From NCBI GenBank assembly GCA_019634385.1, contig JAHQVK010000170.1, positions 3,040 to 67,039 on the forward strand: a DNA stretch of 64,000 nucleotides. Reading direction: 5' to 3'. The position numbers and the translations under genes were made by a program. The DNA comes from Myxococcales bacterium (GTDB taxonomy: Bacteria; Myxococcota; Kuafuiibacteriia; Kuafuiibacteriales; Kuafuiibacteriaceae). The notes under the pieces are model-generated. The model ran no database searches and had not been told where the DNA came from. It saw nothing but the letters and a program-made list of their open reading frames with translations. Below, one piece after another: positions 9,666-21,463 of the stretch. The first letter of the stretch is position 1. Every line of letters starts with the position of its first letter.

Positions 9666-10874
9666 ATGACTGAAATGAAGGCTCGAAAGGTTATCGTCGC
9701 CTATTCCGGGGGACTGGATACCTCCGTCATTATCCATTGGCTGCGGGCACAATACGACTGCCAGGTCGTTGCCTTTACTGCTGATGTGGGACAGGGGGTC
9801 GGGGAGCTAGAGGGCCTGGAAGCGAAGGCGAAGCGGACTGGGGCCGAAAAGTTGGTGTTGAGCGATCTTCGAGAAGAGTTTGTGAGCGACTTTGTCTTTC
9901 CTGCTCTTCGAGCCAGCGCGGTGTATGAAGGTGTCTACTTACTCGGCACTTCCTTAGCCCGTCCGTTGATCGGTAAATATCTGGTGGAAGTGGCTCGCGC
10001 TGAAGATGCGGATGCCATATGCCACGGTGCCACCGGGAAAGGAAATGACCAGGTGCGCTTTGAGCTCACTGGATATGCTCTTCACCCAGAGATTAAGGTC
10101 ATTGCTCCCTGGCGAACCTGGTCGATGCGAGGTCGATCAGACCTTATGGAATACTGTGAAACCCATTCTATCCCGATCACCGCTACCCGAGAGAAGCCAT
10201 ACTCGATGGACCGAAACCTTTTTCATTGTTCGTATGAAGGTGGGGTACTCGAAGATCCCTGGACTGAGCCTGATGAAGAAATGTTCTTGTTGACCACAGC
10301 TCCGGAGCGTGCACCGGACACGCCGCGATATGTGGAGATTCAGTTTGAGAGTGGGAACCCCGTAGCGGTGGATGGCCAACGCTTATCACCAGCCAAACTG
10401 CTTGAACGCTTGAATTCGCTGGCTGGGGAGCATGGGGTGGGTCGAATAGATATTGTGGAGAACCGGTTTGTTGGGATGAAATCTCGTGGTGTGTATGAGA
10501 CTCCGGGGGGTACCATTTTACATACGGCTCACCGAGGACTGGAGCAATTGTGCCTAGACCGGGAAGAAATGCATCTCAGAGACCAGCTGATTCCAAAGTA
10601 CGCCACGCTTGTCTACAATGGTTTCTGGTATGCGCCGGAGCGTGAGGCGATGCAGGTAATGATCGACCACATACAAAAAAATGTCTCCGGTGAGGTTAGG
10701 GTCAAGCTTTACAAGGGCTCGTGTCAGGTGGTGGGCCGGCGTTCCGATCGAAGTTTGTACTCGGAAGCTCATGTGACCTTTGAGGCCGATGATGTATACA
10801 GCCAGGCTGATGCGGAGGGTTTTATCAAGTTGAATGCTCTTCGTCTTAGGCTAGGTAATCCACGTAGAAAGTAG
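9666..10874 (+). CDS. argG: argininosuccinate synthase
   Basis: [22 protein letters not shown] and [11 protein letters not shown] motifs; start moved from ORF-track 9585 to ATG 9666 (or 9675). Confidence 0.97.
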   Translation: MTEMKARKVIVAYSGGLDTSVIIHWLRAQYDCQVVAFTADVGQGVGELEGLEAKAKRTGAEKLVLSDLREEFVSDFVFPALRASAVYEGVYLLGTSLARPLIGKYLVEVARAEDADAICHGATGKGNDQVRFELTGYALHPEIKVIAPWRTWSMRGRSDLMEYCETHSIPITATREKPYSMDRNLFHCSYEGGVLEDPWTEPDEEMFLLTTAPERAPDTPRYVEIQFESGNPVAVDGQRLSPAKLLERLNSLAGEHGVGRIDIVENRFVGMKSRGVYETPGGTILHTAHRGLEQLCLDREEMHLRDQLIPKYATLVYNGFWYAPEREAMQVMIDHIQKNVSGEVRVKLYKGSCQVVGRRSDRSLYSEAHVTFEADDVYSQADAEGFIKLNALRLRLGNPRRK

Positions 10875-10967
10875 GTGCATCCCGCCCCTTTCTTGCTTTG
10901 CCTCTGTCAACAGGTTTGGCGTAAGAAAACAAATCGTTTCCCGACAGAAGTCTTGATGATTAGATAG

Positions 10968-12806
<1,839 letters not shown>

Positions 12807-12960
12807 CAAACCCACGAATATCCTGAGTTCGTTATGGATACACCATCCAAGGTGGTTTTCGGATTTGTGACTCCTAACGCCTGCCGATTTAGTAGGTAGT
12901 TCATATACGGATATTTACTCTATTTGTATGTAAACATAAGTCTCGAAAACTTAGACCAGG

Positions 12961-13036
12961 TACCGCAAAGACCCCTTGAATTGATTCTGTAAGAAGAAGC
13001 AGCAACTTGGGTTCAACCCAAGTGATTTCTGCTGTA
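12961..13036. mobile_element. MITE-like family B, internally deleted copy
   Basis: TACCGCAAAGACCCCTTGAATTGATTCTGTAAGAA...AAGTGATTTCTGCTGTA matches both ends of 33540-33652. Confidence 0.75.
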
Positions 13037-13271
13037 CGAGCCCAGGATGCAAATATACTACATGGCTTAGCTCGCCTCACTATCCGAGCCGACCGTTGTA
13101 GTGAATATGAGCACGTGTTGGGGGCGTTGGGGGATCCTTGCGCGGGGACCTTGATTTGGTGGCCTTCCGGGCCTTTCTGAACGCGGTGTGGCTTTTGGGT
13201 GATGCGGTATCGGCGTTCAAAGCCATCTAGTCGTTTGCTGACTGAGGCGCCTCTGCTATCTCTCTCTAACA

Positions 13272-13799
13272 ATGTCGCTCCCGATGGATTCGCAAGCGAT
13301 TGATGCTCGGGCGATCCGCATCCGAGCGCTGGTGCTTGATGTGGATGGCGTACTTACGGATGGGCGCGTATTACTTTTGCCAGGCGGCGAAGAGGGAAGG
13401 ACTTTTAACGTTCGAGATGGATTAGGCATCCAGTTGATGGGTGCCGGCCGTCGTCCTATTCCCGTTGCCTTTTTATCCGGCCGAGATAGTGAAGCGGTCC
13501 GTCGCCGAGCGACAGAGTTGGGCGTAAAGGAGGTTCATCTAGGTATTCCGGACAAAGTTGCTGCCTATGAGCAGTTGCTGACTACGTTTGGGGTCAAGGA
13601 CGAAAATGTAGCGTACGTTGGGGATGATCTCCCGGATTTGCCACTGCTTGAACGGTGTGGTTTGAGCTTTGCGGTGGCGGATGCTGTGTCAGAGGTCCGG
13701 TCGGCCGCCCATGTTGTGCTCCGAGCCGGAGGCGGTCAGGGTGCGGTACGTGAGGCTTGTGAACGCATTCTTAAAGCCCAGGGCGCGTGGATTAGTTAG
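13272..13799 (+). CDS. kdsC: KDO 8-phosphate phosphatase (HAD family)
   Basis: LDVDGVLTDG, FNVRDG, GDDLPD and GGQGAVRE motifs. Confidence 0.92.
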   Translation: MSLPMDSQAIDARAIRIRALVLDVDGVLTDGRVLLLPGGEEGRTFNVRDGLGIQLMGAGRRPIPVAFLSGRDSEAVRRRATELGVKEVHLGIPDKVAAYEQLLTTFGVKDENVAYVGDDLPDLPLLERCGLSFAVADAVSEVRSAAHVVLRAGGGQGAVREACERILKAQGAWIS

Positions 13800-15093
13800 C
13801 GCTAATTGACGCTATAAACTCTCGAGTAGCGGCAGTCTGATCGCTTCGTTTTATATAGCTGGCTAATGTTTGGATATTGAGATCCGGTATCATCTGACTT
13901 GTTTCGCGACGCACATACAAATCTGATGAGAGCACAAAGACTTCGAGTTTGTCTTCCGAGTGCAGCCATACCTCTTGAATCCCGATCGTCCGGTATCGAC
14001 TCAGCAAAATTTCTTTGTCTGAAGGGCTGCAATGGTCAAAGACGAAATCAGGAGTCAGGTCGGCTTTCTGCCCCACAGCAAAACCAACATCGGGTTCAAT
14101 GCTCAACCGAGCATCAGCAGATTCAACACTCAAAGCTCCTAGCACCCGGAGGTCGAGGCGGTGGGACAAAGCGTAGGCACTCAAGAGCCGAGTGAGCATG
14201 CTTGTGGTCTGACGATGGGCCTGGGAGAGGTTTGTGAGTTCAATATTGCCCGCTTCAAAACCAAGCTGAGGTGCTGGATGCGTTCCTCGGATCGCTCGTA
14301 CCTGCTCAAAATCTTGCCAAGAAGCGCCTTTTAGACGGATACGGTTGGGGCTAGGGGCTTTGCTGGATAGTTCTGGGGCCCCATTTTTTTCGGAGGAGGG
14401 TGTACTTTGCTTGGAGACCTGGTTAGTTGGTGCTCTTTTTGCGGACTTGAGTCGCCCGCGCAGGTTCTCGATCTCATGATCGGCCTCTTCAAGCTGTGAA
14501 GCCAAGTCGTCAACTGTTTCAGACAGTACCGCAACTTGTTGGCGCATTCGGGCGCTCCCTAGGGTTGGAGGACGACGCTCGGTGCGGAGCAAGATGCTCC
14601 GATAATATAGACCACCGGTGAGAACCAGGAGCACGGCGAGGATACCGGCTATGTACCCCGTATGTCGTTTACGTTCGGGGGGAGCATACCGCCGCAAAGT
14701 GACGAAAATCTCATCAAACAGCTGAGTGGGTAGTTGTGGTACGGACAATCGCACAACTTGTGCGTCACCGGCGGGTTGGTACTTTCTAGTCTCTAGGTGT
14801 TCACACACCAATCCTTCGATCATCTCATGGAGCTCATCGTTGATGAAGCTCAACTGAATCTTTCTGCGTCGCCCTAGAGTTCGGGCCAACGGCCGCCCTG
14901 CAGGCCCGGTCACACTGACGCGAAACTCTTCAGAGGAGATGTCGGTAAGGATCCCTACGATAGGTTCGGTAATTCGGTGTCGCCCGGAATCGTCAAGAAT
15001 GCGTAAGGTTACCGGAATGAGTGTGGCGGATTGGCGATGATGAAGGGGAGACGAGACAGCGACCGTGCCCAGGGACATAGATGAGGACGCCAC
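13792..15093 (-). CDS. membrane protein: PilZ-like N-terminus, TM helix, coiled coil, C-terminal Uma2/DUF820 endonuclease-like domain
   Basis: TM GYIAGILAVLLVLTGGLYY; C-terminal SWQDF...GNIEL...H...EPDVGF...PD...GIQEVW pattern of Uma2 proteins. Confidence 0.7.
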   Translation of the reverse strand: MASSSMSLGTVAVSSPLHHRQSATLIPVTLRILDDSGRHRITEPIVGILTDISSEEFRVSVTGPAGRPLARTLGRRRKIQLSFINDELHEMIEGLVCEHLETRKYQPAGDAQVVRLSVPQLPTQLFDEIFVTLRRYAPPERKRHTGYIAGILAVLLVLTGGLYYRSILLRTERRPPTLGSARMRQQVAVLSETVDDLASQLEEADHEIENLRGRLKSAKRAPTNQVSKQSTPSSEKNGAPELSSKAPSPNRIRLKGASWQDFEQVRAIRGTHPAPQLGFEAGNIELTNLSQAHRQTTSMLTRLLSAYALSHRLDLRVLGALSVESADARLSIEPDVGFAVGQKADLTPDFVFDHCSPSDKEILLSRYRTIGIQEVWLHSEDKLEVFVLSSDLYVRRETSQMIPDLNIQTLASYIKRSDQTAATREFIASISAN

Positions 15094-15239
15094 ACTGGGA
15101 TACTACGCTATTTAGCGTATGAAAGAGAGTGCTATTGGTGCCCAGTTGGCAGATTGGTTTTACTTTAGCTGCTCTTGCAGCCTATCAAGATGCTTCCAGC
15201 CATTCTGTAGTCAGGCTAGAGTGATGGGGGTGTACAGTT

Positions 15240-17141
15240 ATGCGATCGAGTACCAATGACCTACCATCCCCCGGATCGACAGTTTTGGTAAGAGTTGCTG
15301 GCCGACCAGAAGTCAGCGAGGGTCGAGTTGAGGACGTGAGCAAAGAAGGGGTTATGCTCAGCGTTAATCGTCCTCCCGACCTTGGGGTGATGACTCTGCT
15401 CGAATTCTTGGGCCCTGACAACGTGGTTACTCACCGACGAACGGCTTGCATGGTCTTTCGCCGAGGGTCACTGAACTCTTCCAAGGATACGTCGGCGATC
15501 GCTCTCGAGTTTGTGGATCTCATCGGGGGACCCACGCTTGAGAAGGATGGCCTGCTACAAAGATTTACCCGTTTTTTTGGTCGCCGATCGTCCACGGTTC
15601 TAGTTGAGGATGCCGAGCTATCTCTGCCTCCTCGAGAAGGACCAACGATAGGCATTGATCTTGGTACTGCGAATTGCTGCGTAGCGGCCAATGTTGATGG
15701 GCGGGTACAGGTTTTATTGGAAGGTGAGCACCGAACCATCCCATCGGTGGTGTACTTTGGTCCAAATGGTCGACGTCGTGTTGGGCGATTGGCTCAGGAC
15801 AAGAGGATTTTGGAGCCAACTCGAACGATATTTGGTTCCAAGCGCTTTTTGGGTCGGCCTTTCATCTCCGAAGAAGTCCGGCGGTGGGGGCATTTTTTCC
15901 CGTATCAGTTGGTCCAAGGTGTTGGCGGGACAACCGCGGTTAAGATTGGGCATGAACTATATCCCCTGGAAGAAGTGGCTAAGGAAATCCTCGTAGTCCT
16001 CAAGAATCACGCAGAATATGTTCTGCGGTGTCCGGTGCATCGTGCGATCATATCGGTGCCTGCGTACTTTGGTGAGCCGCAGAGAGCTGCTGTACTCGAT
16101 GCTGGCCGGCGAGCGGGACTGCGAGCTGAGAAGCTGGTGAATGAACCCACGGCAGCAGCTATCGCTTATGGATATGGCCGAGGGTTTAGAAAAGCCATCC
16201 TTGTGTATGACTTAGGGGGTGGTACCTTCGATGTTTCTATCCTTCGGATCAATGGTGCGGAAGTATCAGTTTTAGCTACCGGTGGTGATCCCTTTCTCGG
16301 CGGTGCTGATTTTGATGATCGTCTCACTGAGCACATTCTTTATAAGTTTGAGAAGTTGAACGGGACGTCCCTTAGAGACGATTATGTTGCGGTTCAACGA
16401 ATTCGATTCGCAGCGGAGATCGCTAAGATTGAACTCACGGAAAGAGAAGTCACCGAAGTTCTGATTCCCAATATCCAGCAACAAGCTCCGAACGAACTTC
16501 GGGTGAAGGTAACCCGCCAAGAGTTCCAAAATATCGTTGGGGATTTGATCGACCGGACCTTGGTGATCACCGACGCTGTCCTCAAAGAGGCGGGCCTAAA
16601 AGCCCAAGATATCCAGGATTTTGTACTCGTTGGTGGGCAGACACGCACCCCGCTTGTGCGGCAGCGACTGACCGAACGTTTTGGGCAATCACCGAGTCGT
16701 CAGGTGAATGCTGATGAGGCGGTCGCAGTGGGTGCGGCATTGCTTGGTGAGTCCCTCAATAACGATAAGAAAGTGGCTCTTAAGGATATCCTAAGTGCCT
16801 CGATTCAGTGGAATGTTGCTCAGGATAGCTGCGAGGTTCTACTTCGTCGGGGCACTCGTTTACCTGCGGAAGCAGTTTTCGAAATTCCGGAGCAGATGGC
16901 GAACGACGATGAGGGTTACCGACTGCAGCTGTACAGGGGGGAAGCAAGCTCGTGTCGCGACAACTCGTTTATTGGGGCCCTTAACTTTGATGAAGCCTAC
17001 CTGGGTGGTAAGGCCCGAGTGTTGGTGAGCGCGGAAGGATTATTGTCGATCAAGATTGCACGGTCTCACGCATCAAGTGGCGATTGGCAATCTACAACGG
17101 TTGATTTTGTTGAGGCTGAATCTTCGATCGATCTTGGATGA
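15240..17141 (+). CDS. Hsp70/DnaK-family protein with N-terminal PilZ-like domain and no lid
   Basis: GIDLGT, VPAYF, NEPTAAA, YDLGGGTFDVS, LGGADFD, VGGQTRTP and DEAVAVGAA motifs; N-terminal DVSKEG. Confidence 0.88.
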   Translation: MRSSTNDLPSPGSTVLVRVAGRPEVSEGRVEDVSKEGVMLSVNRPPDLGVMTLLEFLGPDNVVTHRRTACMVFRRGSLNSSKDTSAIALEFVDLIGGPTLEKDGLLQRFTRFFGRRSSTVLVEDAELSLPPREGPTIGIDLGTANCCVAANVDGRVQVLLEGEHRTIPSVVYFGPNGRRRVGRLAQDKRILEPTRTIFGSKRFLGRPFISEEVRRWGHFFPYQLVQGVGGTTAVKIGHELYPLEEVAKEILVVLKNHAEYVLRCPVHRAIISVPAYFGEPQRAAVLDAGRRAGLRAEKLVNEPTAAAIAYGYGRGFRKAILVYDLGGGTFDVSILRINGAEVSVLATGGDPFLGGADFDDRLTEHILYKFEKLNGTSLRDDYVAVQRIRFAAEIAKIELTEREVTEVLIPNIQQQAPNELRVKVTRQEFQNIVGDLIDRTLVITDAVLKEAGLKAQDIQDFVLVGGQTRTPLVRQRLTERFGQSPSRQVNADEAVAVGAALLGESLNNDKKVALKDILSASIQWNVAQDSCEVLLRRGTRLPAEAVFEIPEQMANDDEGYRLQLYRGEASSCRDNSFIGALNFDEAYLGGKARVLVSAEGLLSIKIARSHASSGDWQSTTVDFVEAESSIDLG

Positions 17142-17583
17142 ATGAGCTATCGGGGGGGGCATCAATTATGAGAAGGCGTACTCGCCCTGAAGCGACCATG
17201 ATCTCAGAATCATTAAACATATGCACTTCCCAAACGTGGGTGCGCTGACCGGTTGCAATCGGTTTGGCCGCTGCTTGCAGGACTCCCGATCGCGTAGCCC
17301 GCAGGAAGGTGGTTGAGTTTTCCAGGCCCACGGCCACTTTTTTCTCGGCGATAACGTGTAGCCCTGCCGCGAGACTTGCGAGGCTTTCAGCCACGGAGGC
17401 GTAAACACCGCCGTGCACCAGGCCAAAGGGCTGGAGCAAGTGTGGTCCAATAGGCATCTCAGCGTCGAGTTGTTGATAGCTAGCCTGAGTAACTCGAAGT
17501 CCGAGGCTGGTACTAAACGCACCACTGTGGGCATTAAGTTGGTCCACTATGTCCGTGGGCAGTGGGGGCCGGTGTACACTCAT
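17092..17583 (-). CDS. PaaI-family hotdog thioesterase
   Basis: QPFGLVHGGVYASVAE motif; start placed at ATG 17583 to avoid overlap with yigZ. Confidence 0.88.
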   Translation of the reverse strand: MSVHRPPLPTDIVDQLNAHSGAFSTSLGLRVTQASYQQLDAEMPIGPHLLQPFGLVHGGVYASVAESLASLAAGLHVIAEKKVAVGLENSTTFLRATRSGVLQAAAKPIATGQRTHVWEVHMFNDSEIMVASGRVRLLIIDAPPDSSFIQDRSKIQPQQNQPL

Positions 17584-17609
17584 TACGAGAGAATACGATA
17601 AACTCTTAG

Positions 17610-18233
17610 TTGATGCCGACGGAAGGGAGCTACTTGGTACCATCGGGGCTCGTTGAGACTCAATCAGAGGTCCGGAGCAGTCGGTTTTTGGCCGCAGTGT
17701 CCCTGGCTGCCACCAAAGCTGATGCCCAGATTTTTGTTAATCATCAGCGTAAAAAGTATCCGGAGGCCTCCCACCACTGTTTTGGTTTTCGAGTAGGCCC
17801 ACCACAATCGACGATGTGCATCGGATGTTCCGATGATGGTGAGCCTCATAGTTCAGCCGGGCGGCCGATCCTAGATGTTCTGATTCATTCCGGATTTGGA
17901 GATATTGTGTGTGTAGTCACCCGGTGGTTTGGCGGGACCAAGTTGGGACGCGGAGGACTGGTTAGGGCCTATGGAGAAGCTACGCAGGGAGCATTGGCCG
18001 CCGCTGTTCCGGTGGAGAAAGTGGACTGGATAGAGGCCAGCTTGAACCTGGAGTACGCGCAGGCAGAGGTATTTAGCCGAGAAGTGGCCGGTTTACGGGT
18101 TGAGAAGCTCGAAGAGCAATATGGGGCCACGGTGCAGATGAAGATTCGATTCGCGCGAAGTGAGCATCACCGATTGGGTCAACGCCTCCGGCAATTGACG
18201 CGGGGTGCGGCAACACTTTGGGTAGATGATTAA
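17610..18233 (+). CDS. yigZ: YigZ/IMPACT family protein
   Basis: SRF, ASHHC, SDDGEP and VTRWFGGTKLGRGGLVRAY motifs. Confidence 0.9.
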   Translation: MMPTEGSYLVPSGLVETQSEVRSSRFLAAVSLAATKADAQIFVNHQRKKYPEASHHCFGFRVGPPQSTMCIGCSDDGEPHSSAGRPILDVLIHSGFGDIVCVVTRWFGGTKLGRGGLVRAYGEATQGALAAAVPVEKVDWIEASLNLEYAQAEVFSREVAGLRVEKLEEQYGATVQMKIRFARSEHHRLGQRLRQLTRGAATLWVDD

Positions 18234-18338
18234 GTTGAGTTGACAATTTGAGCGCATGGCCGGAGCGTCGCGCGCTGCTCCCCGCCTAGGGACATTGGTC
18301 CCAAGGGTGCGGGAGCCGAAAGATCGAGGATCGAGTAG

Positions 18339-18710
18339 ATGTCATCGCAACTTGCAGATTTCCTGAATGAACACAATCTCAGCCTGGAATCGGTAGTGAG
18401 AGAGTCTCTGGTTACAGAGCAACTCAGCTCCGAGGATCGTGCTAAGTATGTGGCCCGAGCTGATGCTCGACGTGAGAAGAAGAGTTACTCCGATGTTGGC
18501 GTAGACAAACCGACCGCTCTTCGTCGAGGGGTATCAGTCCGGATTGTGAAGCTTGCCCTTGAGGGACAACCAATTACTCGAGTAAATCGCAAGAAGATCA
18601 CCCGGGCGGTTCACAATCTCCTCAAAGGAGGAACGGACGTCACCGTCTTTAAGCTTTTTGGTGATGTTCGGTCCCGAAACCACAAAAAACCTTCTTCTGA
18701 CGAAGAATAA
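18339..18710 (+). CDS. small basic hypothetical protein
   Basis: ORF with GAGG upstream, Lys/Arg-rich C-terminal half. Confidence 0.7.
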   Translation: MSSQLADFLNEHNLSLESVVRESLVTEQLSSEDRAKYVARADARREKKSYSDVGVDKPTALRRGVSVRIVKLALEGQPITRVNRKKITRAVHNLLKGGTDVTVFKLFGDVRSRNHKKPSSDEE

Positions 18711-18891
18711 CCCGACAAGAATTCGTTGTGATTGGCTAGTGGGGTTTTCTCCTAGATAAGAGAGCAGTAGTGCCCAATGGTCGTCAATTCCCTACACAGA
18801 CCGGGCATCATCTTCCTTGTCTGGTGTGCGCGTATCGGACCACAGGCTTTAGACTACACCATGCATATATTGCTGGCGGTGGATACTAGCT

Positions 18892-20226
18892 ATGGCAATG
18901 AAGGCGACCATCAGTGAGCAAGAGGCATCGAATCGAGACGTCACAGGGGCGGCTACATGGCTGGTTCGGGTGGGTTCGGCCGCTGAGCCACTAACAGAGC
19001 CCCAAATATACCCGTTAGAAGAGTCCGTGCCAGTGCATTTGTGCCGACACGAAGCCGATGTTCCGCAAGGTACACGTTGCATTGCGACTTCGGATCGGTG
19101 GATGTCGAGTCAGCATGTGGAGGTGTGTCGAACTGGCGAGGGTTGGAGACTCTCGGACCTAGGTTCGAGCAATGGCACTTTGACATGGGGCAGGCGTCGC
19201 TCGACGACACTCCTTGCGAACGGTGACGTATTTGAAACTGGAAGCACGTTCTGGCTATTTAGGTCAGAGTTGATCGGGGCGCCCTTCGAGAGAGGATCGA
19301 AGAGGGAAGAGTTTTTTGAGACCGTTTCTCTCCGAATGAAGGCGGTGTACCAAGAACTGGACCGTATGGCTACCAGCCGTATTCCACTCGTCATTCGAGG
19401 ACCCATCGGTTCGGGAAAGGAAGTTTTCGCTCGTGAGGCTCACCGAATCTCGAGCCGTTCGGGCCGATTTGTGCCTCTAGATGCAGGGACAATTGCTCCT
19501 AAGCTGGTGGCCCATGAACTATTTGGCGTTCTTGAACATGCTGATGTGCAAGAACGGGCACGGCAGGGGCGGTTGCGGCTAGCTGATAGAGGTACGCTGT
19601 TCATCGATCAGCTTGAAGATATTGCTGAACCGGTGCAGTTGGCGCTGCTTAGGGCGGTGCAAACGGGGGAAATCGTCTCGGTGGGTAGCGATGAACCGGA
19701 GCAGATTGACGTTCGGTTTATTGCAAGCACTCGCTGTGACCTCAAGGAGCTAGTGGAATCTCGGGGGTTTCGTCCAGACTTGGCCTCTCGATTAAAAGGA
19801 CTGGTGCTGGCCGTGCCGTCATTGAAAGAACGCCTTGAGGATTTGGGCCTTCTCATCGGGCACTTCCTCCGAAAAGTTGGGCTCGAACATGTCACATTTT
19901 CTCCTGCGGCCTACCGCGCATTGATGTCCTATGGTTGGCCGGGCAATATTCGTGAACTGATGCAAACGCTGGAGTCCAGCGTTGCCCTCTGCGAGGGCAA
20001 TAAGATTGAGCTCGCGGACTTGCCAGTGGAAGTACAGTCTTACCAGCCTCCAGAGGCAGTAGAAGAAAAGACTAGCGATGAGCATCGTGAGCGAGAGCTG
20101 ACGCGACTGCTCACAGCACACCGCGGAAATGTGAGCGCGGTGGCTCGCTCAATGGGATATTCACGTATGCAGGTGCACCGATGGATGAAGCAAATGCGCG
20201 TAAATCCAAATGACTACCGAACGTAG
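18892..20226 (+). CDS. FHA + sigma54-activator-like AAA+ + Fis HTH regulator (degenerate motifs)
   Basis: SSQH/LGSSNGT FHA motifs; GSGKE, FRPDL and WPGNIREL; C-terminal GNVSAVARSMG HTH. Confidence 0.88.
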   Translation: MAMKATISEQEASNRDVTGAATWLVRVGSAAEPLTEPQIYPLEESVPVHLCRHEADVPQGTRCIATSDRWMSSQHVEVCRTGEGWRLSDLGSSNGTLTWGRRRSTTLLANGDVFETGSTFWLFRSELIGAPFERGSKREEFFETVSLRMKAVYQELDRMATSRIPLVIRGPIGSGKEVFAREAHRISSRSGRFVPLDAGTIAPKLVAHELFGVLEHADVQERARQGRLRLADRGTLFIDQLEDIAEPVQLALLRAVQTGEIVSVGSDEPEQIDVRFIASTRCDLKELVESRGFRPDLASRLKGLVLAVPSLKERLEDLGLLIGHFLRKVGLEHVTFSPAAYRALMSYGWPGNIRELMQTLESSVALCEGNKIELADLPVEVQSYQPPEAVEEKTSDEHRERELTRLLTAHRGNVSAVARSMGYSRMQVHRWMKQMRVNPNDYRT

Positions 20227-20261
20227 CTAGCGCGCAACGGACAACCGATCAGGAGGCCCCT

Positions 20262-20636
20262 CTACTGCTGTCTCCTAACCAGCACCACACCATTTTTTGA
20301 GCGGCTGGCACTTTTTAATCGATTACCCTGACGCATAGCTAAAGCCCGTGCGTATTCGACGCAATCCAAGGGATCGTCGTAGTGGCAAATTTTGGTGAGG
20401 AAGAGCTCACATCGGGTGCATTTTTGCCGCTGTTCGGTGCCGATGTTAGCTTCTCGATCGACGACCCCAAGCTGCTTTGCCGCACAGTTTCTGCAAAGGG
20501 CTGGTTGGTTTGGGCGGGGGCTGAAGTGAATGGTGTCTAGGGAACCACAGGATGTACACGTGATTTTTCGGGCAACACGGGTGCCATGGTCACTCCGAAT
20601 TTTCCGCGCTGAGGTTGGTTTTTTACCCTTCACCAA
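20262..20636 (-). CDS. CxxC-x17-CxxC zinc-ribbon protein
   Basis: CTSC, 17 residues, CRNC, then a further CTRC...C...C cluster. Confidence 0.75.
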   Translation of the reverse strand: MVKGKKPTSARKIRSDHGTRVARKITCTSCGSLDTIHFSPRPNQPALCRNCAAKQLGVVDREANIGTEQRQKCTRCELFLTKICHYDDPLDCVEYARALAMRQGNRLKSASRSKNGVVLVRRQQ

Positions 20637-20713
20637 AAAAGCCTAGCCCAACCTCCTGAAATGCCAAGTTGAACTTGTGAAATGTTTCCAGTCTCCTCTA
20701 CGAATGTTGTCTA

Positions 20714-20727
20714 TGCACAGACGTTCA
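20714..20727. promoter_or_regulatory. candidate LexA operator
   Basis: TGCAC-AGAC-GTTCA imperfect palindrome ending 14 bp before the lexA ATG; resembles GAAC-N4-GTTC and the Myxococcus GTTCAG half-site. Confidence 0.5.
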
Positions 20728-20741
20728 GATAATACAGTTGT

Positions 20742-21416
20742 ATGCAGGGGTTGACGCGCCGCCAGCAGCAAATACTGGATTTTATTACTCGACGAATCAA
20801 TGAGCAGGGCTATCCCCCGACGATCCGTGAAATAGGAGAGGAGATGGGTATTCGGTCCACGAACGGAGTAAATGACCACTTGAAGGCTCTCGAAAGGAAA
20901 GGTTTTTTGCGACGGGAAGGGCTAAAATCTCGGGCTCTTCGACCAGTGAACATGGGATCACCTGCTCTGGCGGTGCCATCAGTTCCATCACCACCGGTAC
21001 CCGCCAACGATAACGGACGAACTACGGGGGTTCCGGTCTTAGGTCGGGTAGCGGCGGGATCACCAATTCTGGCGGATGAGAATGTTGAAACGACGGTCTT
21101 CGTAGACAGTTTTTTTCTGGGGACGGCCGATGTTGGGCGGGTTTTTGCTCTTCGAGTGTCAGGCGAATCGATGATCGAGGCCGGTATTCTGGATGGCGAT
21201 TTTATTTTTGTTCGTAAACAGCCCGAAGCACATCGAGGAGATGTTGTGGTGGCCATGATCGACGGCGAAGCAACTGTGAAACGTTACGAGCCTGACGGGG
21301 ATGTGATTCGTTTTGTGGCGGAGAACGCATCGATGGCTCCGATTGTTGTTCAGCGCTCTGACTTCAGGAATACCGCTATATTAGGAGTGGTTTGCGGAGT
21401 CTACCGACGCATCTAA
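20742..21416 (+). CDS. lexA: LexA SOS repressor
   Basis: [22 protein letters not shown] cleavage site, GESM and TVKR catalytic residues. Confidence 0.97.
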   Translation: MQGLTRRQQQILDFITRRINEQGYPPTIREIGEEMGIRSTNGVNDHLKALERKGFLRREGLKSRALRPVNMGSPALAVPSVPSPPVPANDNGRTTGVPVLGRVAAGSPILADENVETTVFVDSFFLGTADVGRVFALRVSGESMIEAGILDGDFIFVRKQPEAHRGDVVVAMIDGEATVKRYEPDGDVIRFVAENASMAPIVVQRSDFRNTAILGVVCGVYRRI

Positions 21417-21463
21417 TTGCGCTGGTGCTTTCCATCATCTGAGCTTCTTCGTAGTACGGGCCG

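Noticed and set aside
12901-13272. 123-aa minus-strand ORF, 98-aa ORF 28679-28975 and the many short antisense or alternate-frame ORFs inside larger genes
   Set aside because: They run across repeat debris or shadow well-supported genes and carry no recognisable motifs
15240-17141. Calling this the housekeeping dnaK
   Set aside because: Extra N-terminal domain, degenerate substrate-binding domain, no lid, and no grpE or dnaJ nearby
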